DNA of 64,000 nt from Podarcis melisellensis. Taxonomy: Eukaryota. Position 1 is the first letter of the stretch. Each line of letters opens with the position of its first letter. The stretch lies in NCBI GenBank assembly GCA_964234715.1, contig OZ174276.1; one strand, given 5' to 3'. A model generated the notes under the pieces. That model saw only the letters and a program-made list of their open reading frames with translations. It was not told where the DNA came from and searched no databases. Below are positions 40,041 to 53,300 of the stretch, one piece after another. The position numbers and the translations under genes are program-made.

Positions 40041-43000
40041 AAATATTACTGGTTTCTTAAAAATTTGTTACTGGATAACTGGCTCAGAACTGAAGTTGCA
40101 AATGCTTTTGTTTAACGTGATGTGGGGAGGAAGAGATGTTCCCGTTTGAAAACAACATAGTTCTAAAGCGACACCACAGCAGTGTTCTTTTCAAATAATG
40201 TTTATCCTGGAGGTATGCAACTTTTAATATAACTGTATGAAAACAAGTGTGTTCTTTCCTGCTGAGTTCCTTTTCTTCCATGCATTTCCTCTGAAGAGTG
40301 GGAAGCTGGCATTGCCTGAGTGTTGTAAACAAGAAATTTTAATAAGGCTGTTTTATATTTTGACATGTCCAATTACTCGTGAAAATGTTGCCCTTGCATT
40401 TTAAGCAGCAGGACGCTTATTCACTCCCCTGCTTCAGATAGCTACATTTACAGGCAATGAAGGAAAAATCCTTAAGGCTAGAACACAGTTTAAAGAGAAT
40501 AAAACCCACATCAAAGGATGAACTAATGGATTGCTGTAATGCTTACTATCTTGCTTTCCCAAAGGGAATAGGAATGGCAGTAGCTATGTATCCACACACA
40601 GTGTTGATTACATCCTTTATGGTCAATGAGAGTTCCTGTTTTATGTTCATAAACAGAACCTGATAACTGTTTTTAAGATACAAGTGTGTGGCTGGGTGTG
40701 GATTTGTGTTTGTATGTGTATTTCTTTGATTCCCCATGCAAGATACAAAATTATTGCTATTTAAATGGAAACGGCAGTAGTTGCCAGCTACTCAGCTCAC
40801 TGTTTCAGCTGGTTGTGCTGTGTGAAAAAACTCTGCAGCAGCACAGTAGAGACATTCCTTTATAAGCAGTTCTGTTTGTTAAATAGAAATCCCGCGGAAA
40901 CATTTGACCCCTCACGCCTTGCTGCTTTTCAATTCAGCTGTGAGGCCTTTGCCATGGAATTATTTATCAGGGCCTTTAATTGCATGTGGGACAGTTGATA
41001 AATTTGAGTGCATTGTGCATCACATCACGTTAGGAAACATCCCAGATGCTCATGTATAAGCCAGGAGTCATGGTGCATTTGAGTAAATAGCCCTCCATCT
41101 GCTTCTGAGGACCACTGCTGAGTAGCGATATGCACTCCTAATGGAGTTGTCTTAGCCTCCTGTGTCAGCTGTGCAGTAGGAGGTAGGGCCCAGTTCGTTT
41201 GAAGGAGTACAGCGATTGTATACTATAATCCTTCTGATTATGACCTCCAATATGAACAGACCTTTGGGGATGTACCATTTATGCCAATTCCATTTTTTTT
41301 CTTTAAAAAAAAAAGAAATAATGGCAGACAACGTCCTTTTCTTCTGAACTAGCCATGAGGAAGTATAGTCTGTTGTGGCACAGAACCAAAATAATTAGCT
41401 AGTATGGTAGACATGCAAATACCCAGTGGCCTTGATATCCAAGCCCCTTGCAAATCTAATCTGGATGAACATACATCTGTGGTGAAAGTGTACGGGAGTA
41501 GAAAGGCACAGAGTACTGGCAGAACATTTTATTTATACTTGTTAGCTTAGATTACTATATAGTTCCATAGGATTTTCAGCAAAACACACTGCCCACTTTT
41601 ATTGCTGAAACACAGTCACTAAACAATTCAGTTTTCCAGAAAGTCAAGTCCTAATAATTACAGAGGCAAACCTTCCCCCCAGATGGTTGAGCTGTTTCTT
41701 AAATGCAGTATGTGACAATTTGTCACCAGGAGGTCCTCCTAGGGATAGTGAAACACTTCAGTTGAACTGTCTGTGTTTTCAGTACCGGGGAGAATTCAAG
41801 TGGCAAGAAAGACTGTTGCCTGCAATATCCCCAGGATATATCCTGTAAGTGGGTTTTGGGAGCCTCCAAGAAGAACTAAAGACTAGAGCCAAGGAAATAG
41901 GGATAAGCAACTAGGATAAGCTGTCTCATTTGAACATTGTCTTTATTTCTGCCCTTGTTCATAGCTGCCCATATAAATCTGCCTATATGCATTGTTCAGA
42001 TGAGAATGTAGGTGTGTTGCTACTGCAGAGGTGTATATCTAAAAGCAGAGTGTAACTAATAGTGGGAAAAACACATCAAGAGTGATGTTTCTTATGGGCT
42101 ACCAGATTATTTTTTATAAAGAATATATCCACCCTGCCTTGTGAAGCAATACATCTTGTCTCTGGGATAAGCCTGCCATTTTCTCAGTGTTTAGCCCTTA
42201 TGGAGTCTGTCAAATTTATTCAGATTTGTGTTTGTACATTTTGTTTTAAGACAATCCAACTCCCTAGCACTCAGTTCTGTTTTTAATAGTGGGGCCTTAT
42301 CTTACTTAACCACAGCAGCCCCGTTATTCAACATGTGCCAAGTAGTTTCAGAAATGACACCACTCAGCAAGTCCATTACCGAACTGCCAGGGATAGTAAA
42401 TGGCTTGCACCTTGAGTTCTGTTTACAGTAAGTCACGTAAAAAGTGCATTTCTTCTATAAATGGTTGAGTTTATAAGGCCTTTAAACAAGGGACAGCTTA
42501 CACATTATCAACTTGGCAAGTCAGATACCAGAGCTTACACTTTAATTAGGCATTGCTAGAATAGCCGTTGCTGCACAGTTTGCATTCCAGAGGCTAAGAT
42601 ACACAAAGAGCCCTCTCACACATTTTATTGGAATCTTCTTGATAAAGTCACAGTGAATATTGTGCTATAAATCCTGCTGAAAGGGGACCCTGGGCCTTTT
42701 CCTGTCCGTGCAATGGAATTTGGGTTTTAACTTATTTGCTCGTTTGCCTTCATTATGAATTTCTAATGGCCTGCTCAGTTCAAGGTTTTCTGCATAAGAA
42801 TTTAAGAGGGTCTGCAGCTATTACTGTGAACCTGAAGATGGTGATAGGCCAGCCTTTGGCTTCAAAAGTTAGAGTGCTGTATGCAGACACTATTAGAACC
42901 TAAATGGAAAAGGGTAGCAGAGGAAGCAAAACTATTGGGAAGCAGAAAGAAGCATTCAAACCCAAAACAATAATGTATTGGTATTTTTATACATTTAAAA

Positions 43001-43643
43001 CAGATGATGGGCAGCTTTGAATATTATAATGTTACAGTAACAAGTGGGGCCTGCTATACACTTTCTTGGTGAAGTGCTTCTGTTCCTTGTTTCAGCCAAG
43101 CAGCTATGATTTTTCCATTCACCCTCATTTTTGTCTCCCTCTCCAGCAGTCAAGTCAGCATTTTTTACTTCCTAAGTACACTCAGTTACCACTGGCCTAT
43201 TTTAGAGATCATCTCCCTCACCCCGATTCGGGGAGGTTTTTTTTCATTTAAAAAATAAACCCCACAATGTGTACTTCTGCTAGTCTTGGTCTTCCCACTG
43301 TAATTTCCCTCATGTGTATGGATGGTACCATTTTGGCCACATAAGGATAGGCAGTCAGAGAATGCATTTGCAAATAGTATATGTAGGATGTTAGGTTAGT
43401 AATAATGGATGAAGATAAGGCTGGCATATGCATGCTGCCAGAGAATATGCAGAAAGCAGCATGCAGCCTGGGGCCTGAGAGGGAAGAGAATTGGCCTTTG
43501 GCATACTCCCCCCACCCTACCCCAAGGAATCCTTTTGGCAGGGAGGGGAGACTTCCTTTTGACACAAAAGGGGTGAAGTAAAATTGAGAAACTTCTGAGA
43601 AACTTCCGAACCATTTGCACTCAGATCTTATTTCAATACCGTA

Positions 43644-43810
43644 CAGTGGTACCTCGGGTTACATATGCTTCAGGTTACATACGCTTCGGATTGCAGACTC
43701 TGCTAACCCAGAAATAGTGCTTCAGGTTAAGAACTTTGCTTCAGGATGAGAACAGGAGGTTAAGAACGGACCTCCGGAACAAATTAAGTACTTAACCCGA
43801 GGTACCACTG
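43644..43810. mobile_element. Tc1/mariner (pogo/Tigger-like) MITE, copy 2 (opposite orientation, internally deleted)
   Basis: Perfect TIR cagtggtacctcgggtta / taacccgaggtaccactg with TA TSD. The left half is the reverse complement of the right half of copy 1. Confidence 0.9.
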
Positions 43811-46800
43811 TAATGCAATCAAACTCAGCTTTAAGTAAAATGGGTTGTGATGGTGTCTTTTAGCATTGGATCATACTTTCAGCCAACACTGAGATAAAGT
43901 AGAAGAAGCACTTTCCTTCTACCATACAGATGCAATAGCTCTGTATTTTGACTACGTAAGAATGGTTTGCTCTGAGCTGCACTCAGACCTAGTTCATATG
44001 ATTCTTCCCTTGCTTTTTCAAGGAGGAGTATCACACAATTGGCAGTTTGCCCAAGGGGTTGGTTCACTGCACACTATCTGTACTGGGGAGGGAAGGTCCT
44101 CAGGCTACTATTCCCACCACACTTTCACCTCACACATGTGTGAACTGGGGCTTCCTTATACAGTAGCATAGGTTCTAGTGATAGCTTTTGGGAGGGGTGT
44201 AGGATTGAAAGCTAACGTTGGTGTACAGATTAGAAGAGCAGTTCTTTCTGTTCCATCATTCCAATCCTTAAATTTCTTTGTAGTCTTATGCTCACTCACT
44301 ATCCTAATAAAAAAAATTCGTGAAAATGTATTGGTCCAGCACTGAATTATGTAAGCATGAAAAATAGACCTGTCTGTTTTCAGAAAACAAAGTGACTACT
44401 TTAAACCTAGCTGATTTGTTTATAGTGCTGCTCAAGTCACTAATTCTGGGCAGAGGAGATGGAACATCTGCAGCTCACATTGGTTAGGATCTGGGAAAGC
44501 TAATTGCCTCCAATTTGGTTAAAATACAGTGTCAATTACATTTTCAAACAACAGCTTCTATACTCTCTGTTGACAGCAAAGCTGGGGTGCCATGCATTGA
44601 GCTCTTTTCTTGCTTCGAAAAAAGTGAATTCACACAGCTATGTGATATTTTACCACAGCCAATATTTATTCCTTTGCAAATAAGTAGACTTGCTGGCAAC
44701 TGAAGTAACATAGCTTGGAGTAGAAATGCCATCTTGAGGCTCCAAGGGACAGTTTGCTTCTCCAAACCTTTTCATTCAGATTGGATCACTTAAAAAAAAA
44801 ATCAAGGTTATTTAAATAATTGTGTGGGGTTTTTTTTTTTTAAAGATTCTAGGTTTTTGATGAATGTATTTCCTGAAAAACATGCATACTGATAGGTTGC
44901 TGAAACATAGGTTAACTATTTGTACAATAACCAATATAATACATAATGATTTATTTATAATACTTTATGTCAGAAATCTGATTTAAGAGATTTGAGTGTT
45001 GAGTTTAGTATCCTTTGTTAAATTAATAATTTTTCTCTAGCCAGATTATTTTTAAGATGCTATATCATTAGTATACTAGACAATTTTTAAACATGCCTGC
45101 TAAACATGTCTATACATTAGACATTCCTTATCTCAGCACAGCAGACGAATGACTGGGAAGGAGTAAAGCTACCACAATATCCTCTTTGGTAGTCTGCACA
45201 TGTGCGATTTCATGCTAAGTCATATTTGGCTTATTGTTATGTGCCATCCATGAATTGTCTGCTAGTTAACAGAAATGCACCATTGTGTTGGGATATTCGG
45301 CCTACTGTCCATGCTCCATCTCTCTCCAACAATCAAGATCAATCAAGACCACCTTCGAGTTATTACTGATGAGTCTGGATTACCATGTAGACAAAAAGAG
45401 ATATTAGCAGCTCAAGAGTGCTTCTTTTCTAAGCCTGTGCACATCAAAGACAACTCTGCCTTTTCAGACAATTGGTTGTTAAATCCTTTTATCAGGAGAT
45501 AAAATATTATGATGACCGTCAAAATTCCTTACTTAAGTGCTTTTAAGCATGGAGCCATTTATTGCATCCCTATGGAGTTTTAGGAGCTCCACTTTACCAC
45601 TTGGTAGAACTAGCCCCCTTCTCAGCTAGAAGGATGTATGCAATTATCAATATCTTTGTTGCATGTTTGTACTATTTCGGGAGTTTACAACCCAGCTTAA
45701 TTTTTTTAGCGAAAGCAGACGTAGTTATTTAGAGATAGTTATGTAGACATAGTTTAGAGGGATATTCTTCTGAATTTCCTCATTATCCCTGCCCCCTCCC
45801 CACCACCCAAGCAGTTTTCAAAATTATATATTCACACACTACTTTCAGGTATTCCACAGGCTGCCTATGACATTTTTTTTCCTGCAGTGTAAGGTCTGAT
45901 TGAACTCTAACCCAAAATATATTCCAAAATATTTTTTCATGTGGTTATGAATATTTGCAGCCAGCATGAAGTAGTTGCTGGTAAAGTACAATGAAAGAAG
46001 GGGAACATTGTCCTAAAAGAGAAATCAAAGAGTTCTTGAGATACTTTTTCTAGATGTCCTCAATCTCTTATCAGTTTTATAAGTGTGTTTTACCTCTTCT
46101 GCATTTAATACATTAGTAACTCAAAAGTCCGTACAGATTACAACAATGGCAGATTTGGGGTTCTTTATTTGTCTTACTATCGCCTGTTGGCTTGAAGCCA
46201 AATATTATAGCTGAGATGCTCAGTATTCTGCCAAGAACTTGCATAGAGGGCTTTCTGCTGCATCTTGCCCTTCTTGACCTGGCACCAACTACTATGTTGA
46301 GAAGATTAATATGACTCTAGATGTCCAAGAGCAGGCATACCCCTAATTTATTTATTTATAATGTAGTGAGAGAGTTAAATAATTCATGGGAAAAAGTTGA
46401 CAGGATTTCTTATTTTTGTCCCTCCCTCCAAGGGCAGCACCATCTCTCAGGCTTTAGGCATGAGTGGCCGAGAGGAACTCCTTCTCCCAATGCCCTGGAT
46501 TGATGGGAGGAAGCCTGAGTTCTCAATTAAAGCTGTAATTTAGTTTTGCATTTCAATTTTAAAACCAAACAGCCTCTAGTCTTTTTCATGAGTCATGAAC
46601 CTTTTTGCATGAGCGAGTGGGGAAATAAGTGAATATGCATATTAGTATTTTTTCTTCCTCATGTAATGCCCACTTTGTTTGCTTAAATGAGTGCCCTTTT
46701 ACTTCATTACACTGTTGGTTAATGTAATTCTGTGTCTTTGCGAGAGCAGATCCCATCATCAGTTTTCCTGATTGTTCATAAGCGCTTGAAAGCCAGGGAA

Positions 46801-49800
46801 AGATGGTGACAAAAAGTGCGACACCAGCTTTCCTGCTTTTAAAGGCTGTAATTGATATTGCCTCTGTGTCCCCCATCAAGGAAGAAAAGGTAGCTTTAGC
46901 AATAAATCTGTAATCCTTGTGCTTATAGCTTTTTTCCTCCCTTTTAATTAGAAGATATATCTCATTAGACAAGAAGGAAATTTCTGATTAAAACCAGTAA
47001 TTGAATGTGAAAACATATTTTTCTCTATCTGTGTTTAAGCGTTTTGTAGGTGACAAGCACCACATACAGCTTCATTAAATGATTACATAATGTGCAATTT
47101 TACAACGGTTTTGATTTAAAGCTTTGGGTCTATTTGTTGAATGGCTGGTGGTCACACACAGATTGGCTGTTGATCTGTTGTAATTCTGACACTATGTGCC
47201 TATAACAAGAGTTAGTTTATGGGCTTCAGGTTTTTGTTTATTTTTCTTCAAAACAAACAAACAAAAAGTCTTCCACAAAACAGCTACTGGTATGAGGCAT
47301 ATTTCTTCCAGATTTAGTTTCACTTTTATTATTTTTATTACTAGATTATTCATCCCTTCTGAAAATACTAGTAAATGTGGTTTGCATTACTCCAGATGTA
47401 AATATAACGGCCTCAAAAGATGTGCTGAGCAAGTTGCTGTGTGCTTTCAGCACTGAGGAATTGCCAGGATTTGATTATTTGCGGTGACGCCTTAATTTGT
47501 TATGAATGCTGCCTTCATTGTAATTTTCAAGTTAGTCCAAACCTTGTGGAGGCAAGCAGATACATCTGTGTGTGAAGACAGGCTAATGCCAACCTACCAC
47601 ATGGGAATTGTGGGAAAGTAAAGATGACAATGGCTAGGTTTGAACCATGTCATGGTTAGTGTTGCTCCACCTCTAGTTAAAGACTCATTCTTTTGCTCAG
47701 AGTTAAGATCTCCCCATTCTTTTCTCTCGTGTTTGGTTGCTTCTTCCTGGTTCTTGGCATAAGTAGATGTATTGTATTATCAGTTTGTTGTACTGATTAT
47801 GTTGTTTGTATTGGTTTGTAGATACTCTGAATGTCTTTTCAAGGCACATTGACTCAAGTGGATTTTGCTTTATTTTATTTTATTTTATTTTTCCCCATTG
47901 TGCACACATGTTCACACTACAACCGCAAAGCTGAAAATAAATAAAGGGGAAGCCTTCTCTGTCAAAAGTTTTAACTTTACACAAACCCCACCCCACACCC
48001 AGCATAAACTAATGTGACTTTGCATATATCACAGTACAGTCTCAATGTAAAGGAGAGAGAGCAACTTCAGATACACCAAAATATAAATGAAATAAAGAAT
48101 ACAGATGTACTTCAGGCCCCTCAAAACCTGCAAGTGTTTCAATATCTCAAATATAAGCATTTCCTATCTGAAAACCATGGAGGAAAAGCAGGAAAAACAC
48201 ACTGGACCTTAAAATGTAAAACTCTAACCATGAAACTCTGCAGTTCAGGGAAACATTTCCCCCACTGAGCAGCACCAGAGATGACCTTCCAACCACATGG
48301 GTGATATAGTATTCCTCAAGACAGTAGGTTCAGGTATGTTAGATTCATGCACGCTGGGAACTTGTGATGGCAGACTTGTGATACACCACAGTAGTGCATC
48401 CACATGTGGTACCGGCACAAAGAGTTTCAATAGTCAGGCTGAGTGCCTGCCAGCAGAACTTATCTCCAGGGGTCCAAGAGGCAGTTTTAATTTTTATAAA
48501 ACAAAGGATATAGGTGCCTACTGGAAGGGGGTTTTATTTGATAGCAAAATGGCCATAGATGCCAGGTGTTTGTTCTTTTAAAAGGTAGTTGTATGCACTT
48601 GGTGGGACAATCAGTACCAGGCAAAGCACAAGAGCCATTTGTGTTATAAATTAATGAGTGACAAAGTACTGCCCTGGTTGCATTTTGATATGGGAAAGAT
48701 TACCCCAGCATATCCAAAAGTACTCCTATATTGATTTCTACCAAAGGTTGAGACTGGTAAGGTTCTCCCTCTCAGTCCATTCCACCTCCTTGTGGATGCC
48801 TATCTCCCTCTGAAATTTGAACAATTCTGTTACTTCAGGAAGTGTTTCCTTGTACTGTAGGCGAGTGTTATATATGGCTTAGGTGGCAAAGACCCTGATG
48901 TTACTAACTGTAATTGTGCAAAATCATAAAAGTCATAAATTTTGAAAATTAGTGGTCATTGTATATTTGCTTTAGGTCTTTAAATAGCCTTCCTTGGTCA
49001 TGTGGACTGGTGACTTATAAAAAAAGTTTAGATAATAAAATTCTGGAGTTGGATGTGTGGGTGAACATCTGCTCATAGATCAGGGCTTTCTCATCTCCCC
49101 CTTCCCAGTGTAGACCCCGGGGGGGGGGCTTTAAAAATGTTAGAAGACCCTCCAGAGTGATGCTGCGTGTGGTAAGAAGTGGAAATAAGAGGGGGAACCC
49201 CCATGGAAACAGACATGCTTTTCTCTCACAAATGCCTTTAGATTCAAGTACTGAAACATATATACATCTGAAATAATACGATAACTATATGACTTCTAAA
49301 AGTCAAGGCATCAGTTATCTGTAAAAATTACTGGAGTTTCACCACCCATGAACCTGCTGTGGAGAAGGTGTCTAGAGCTCTAGAGCAACTGCATACTTAA
49401 TGCATTGAGAGCACTGCAAAGATGCAGGTCTTTGCTTTCAGTAGAGGTCACAATCGTACCTTGGGGAAAGTTGCTTCTAAAGATCTTGGAGCTTTCAAAA
49501 CTTGTCCACAACACCGCTCTGCAAGTGTGAACAGTACAGTGGTGTAGTAATTATGCCCAAACATCCCCTACAGATGTACTTAATGTGGTTTAGCTTTGCT
49601 TACGCGAATGTAGCCAAAACTGTAGGAGGGACCCAGCCTTTCAAGTCTGAACAGCATTATATGAGACAATGTTGACAAGGGGAAAAATAGGCTTGTGAAG
49701 TCTGTTTGCATTTATAACTAATTGAAGGTTATATGCCTAACACTTCTGCCTCAGAAACCAATATGTGAATACATTATTCAAATGAATCATCAAATTGAAA

Positions 49801-50154
49801 ACCTTTCCAGCATCATTAAGGCTTCTATCTTTCATTCATGTTCTGTCTTCACAACAACTTGTTTGGTGATTCTGCCTTTCCTAATCAGTATAGTGTTGAC
49901 ATTTTTAAAAACGTGCTCACAATGACTCTTTTTATTACAATAAACTGTTTTGACAGTATTGTACGCAGATGAAATTCCTGTCTTGGGGAGTATCTATCTC
50001 ACCTTTACTGTCATGCTCCCACTTACCGGTTGGTGCAGAACATAATGAAAGCAAAGTTAATTTAAAATTGTTCCCATTGTCAGCAGCAACAATAAAACTA
50101 TAGCTTTGGGGGAGAAAAGTGTTTCATTGCTGGTGTACCTGCAACCAAAAAGTA

Positions 50155-50395
50155 CAGTGGTACCCCCGGGTGCAACTTAATCCATTCCGGAGGTCTGTTC
50201 GTAACCGGAAACCGTTCGTAACATGAGGCACTCTTTCCCTAATGGTGCCTCCTGCTGCTGCCGCGCCGCCAGAGTGCAGTTTCCGCTCGCATCCCAGGGC
50301 AAAGTTCGCAACAAGGGGCATCTACTTCCGGGTTAGCAGAGCACGTAACCCAAAGAATTCGTAAGGGGGACGGCTCACAACACAAGATACCACTG
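50155..50395. mobile_element. Related Tc1/mariner-type MITE (different subfamily)
   Basis: TA-cagtggtacccccggg ... caagataccactg. Interior is homologous to copy 1 (ctaatgg.gcctcc..ctgc..gcgc.gcca; gggttagc.gag). Right TA is not preserved. Confidence 0.78.
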
Positions 50396-53300
50396 GAAGG
50401 AAGGAAGGCTGATTAAATGCAAATATGTAAACTAGCATTGCCAGCTGGTTAGGGGCATTTGCCTGGTTGATGCCTATTTTGTCTCATTGCGGATAGCTGT
50501 CTCAATGCATGTGTTAAAGAGTATGCCATGGAGCACTATAGAATATGAATACAGTCTCAGGGTTTTGTCTTGCCTGTTAGGTAGTAGTCTAGATAAAGAA
50601 AAGGTTTTTGTTTTGTTTTTTACTGTTGCTTTACCCTTATGCTCTCTCTTTTTAGGTTTTTTTTTTTAAAAAAATTCTTTTATAGAAGCTGCCATGGGAA
50701 CTGGAAATGAGCTAGGACCATGTTGGATAAAATAAAATATTGATACAGTCATTTGTTAGCAAGATGGGGGAAATTCATCCTTAATGCACCGTCTCCTGCC
50801 ACATATTAGAGTTTGGGTGATCTGTGTAGTTACCTGAAGCCTACGCAATTATGGCTTCCTGGACATTTTATCTTGCAATCCTTTCCGCCCTTACCTGGGT
50901 GTAAGTCCCATCAAACTCATTGCAGCTTTCTTCTGAGGAGACATTTGTGATGTTGTTGCTATCATTTCTCCCAAGGTGGGGCAGAGTGCCTGATTTTCTG
51001 AAAGTGCTGTCCTTCACTTTGAGTTTACTTCAGTTTTGGATAAGCTGCCTTGAACATGTCTACAATTAAGAGTCCATTTTGGAACAAGGTGGTGTGCAGC
51101 CAAGTTGCTATGTACGGTGCTTGATTCAACATACCATTTCTTCCATTTGGAGGCTCAGGGCTGTGCTGCCAAATGAAATAGCAGTGCTCAAGCACAAAGC
51201 TCTGTCATTTTGTCTCTCACAAATGGGCCCCTTATGCTGCTGATGTTGTCACTCATGTTCAGATGGAGGTATACATGTACCCATTAGTGAGATTCCATTA
51301 TTTATTATAATAAAATAATAATCAGAATTCCATAATATTGGAAGGTTGAATTGCACAAGCATTTCCTTGAATGCACTTAAGAGTTCAACGACCGTGTGCG
51401 TGCATGCATGCTTACGTCTCCATTTATGCAGCAGAGAAAGTGTAATAAGGGCTGAGAAGTTAATCAATGCCTGTTTTTAGGCTTAATTTATGGATGTCCA
51501 ATCTGTAGCTCCCTCAACCTCCAATTCATTTCTTAATTATGTTTGTAAAGAACAGCGGAAGCCTGTTTTCACCAACTGTGTTGTCTGCCAGTTCCTATAG
51601 ATCGATTTTTTTCTTTCTTTCATGGCACAGTGAGAGCAGCTGAGCGATACATTGTGATGGACCTGGATAAATTCAGAAACAAGTCCATGATCATGTTGAT
51701 ATTCAGCACTGGAAGACAGTATTTAGCTGTCTCAAAACAATAAAATATAAACGCAGTTTAACCAGTTCATTGTAACAAAAGCCCTTGATTCAAAGGATTT
51801 ATATTATAGTCTCACATGAATTAGGTGCCAAAAAAAAGCCTCTGTGGTTTTGGTTTGGTTTTGTAATACCGACTGCTGTCCACTGCCCAGGATGAGTAGA
51901 GTTCCATATGAATGCATAGCAATTGTGCAGGGCATGGATACCTGATTCTTACTCACAAGGGATTGCCTTCCCACAAAAGCTATCGTTGAATGGTTCTTTC
52001 CCAGACTGACAGACAATTTTTGGGAAGCCCTGCTGTGTCAGTGGCAGCTTGATCTAAATGAGCAGGAAAGCAGCCTTTTTATTTCACTGTCCTGAAGTCC
52101 CTGTTGATGGCATGAGGTTAGAGGGGCTCTGCCCCAGCCAAACACTATTAGAGACAAATGTCAGTGAGCTTTGGACGGAAAAAGCTCTCTGATTATTCGC
52201 TCCATTCAGGCGTATCTTTCTCCAGTAAGCTTTTAGTCACTCCCACTGCCGGCGAGATGTAATCCTTGCAGAGCCAAGGGGGAGGCATTTTGCATATTCC
52301 TTAAGATTACATGGTGTACCAAATAATACATAGACAGTGGCTCTTAACTATGCAAAGGTCATGGGCTTCCTTGACACAGGTTGCTTCTCCTTCCTGCCAT
52401 AATGTGATGGTGATTTAAATAATAGTAATAATAATAGGCATCCTCTTTTTAAACTAAACTGGCTGTGCAGAAGCAGAGGCCTAAGAAAATGGTTCCCATA
52501 GCTCAGTGAAGAAGCAAATTGCATTTTATTACCATTTTATTTTTGTACCCTATCCTTCAGCAGGTTCCTATTATGCCTCCCATGCATCATTTTCCACATT
52601 CAGTTCTTGGTATATTGTGTTGAATAGGAGCTGAATGTGCACGGCTGGGAAAGACCTTTACCCGAGACCTCAAAGATCCACTGCCAGCCCGAATAGACCA
52701 GTGGCATATGTTCATAATTTGATTTCTGGAATAGTGCCTCTTTGTTGTCCACTATGCAGGCAGCAGAAAGCAGCTCTCAAAGTAGACACACTGGATACTG
52801 CTTTGGCTTTGGGTATGTTCTATGTTCTAAAATGTGCAGCTGTTTCTCTGTGCTTCCTTTCTTGAAGTGCAGTTAAAAAAATGTAGGGTGGCATATGCTG
52901 CACTCTGGCTCATCTGTATGTAGCTTATGAAGGGCCCTGGCTTGGTAACTGTGAAAAGCGAGTGAAATAACCTGTTCTATAAAGTAACAATATTCTCTGT
53001 CTTCAGCAGAAGCTGGTTGTGTGCCCTTGGGCACTCTTGAGGTGGTGGTTCAGAGCACTGCCAAAGACAAGGCAGCTGTGCAAATTTTCATGGAATTTAC
53101 TTGTTTTGTGAATATGAGCTGGCTTTGACAGCCTTTTGCCTTACAGGGTGGTACATCAAGCACACCACGTATATCCTGTTCATACCTCATCAAAGTTCTC
53201 TCCTAACTCCCGATTACACCCATACACACACACACACCCCTAGTGATTTTAAAAACGGATAAAACACACCAGCTGGATCATCAGGTCCCAGGCTATGTCT

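Noticed and set aside
51701-51720. REST/NRSE-like motif ttcagcactggaagacag
   Set aside because: Non-canonical half-site spacing and mismatches in the right half.
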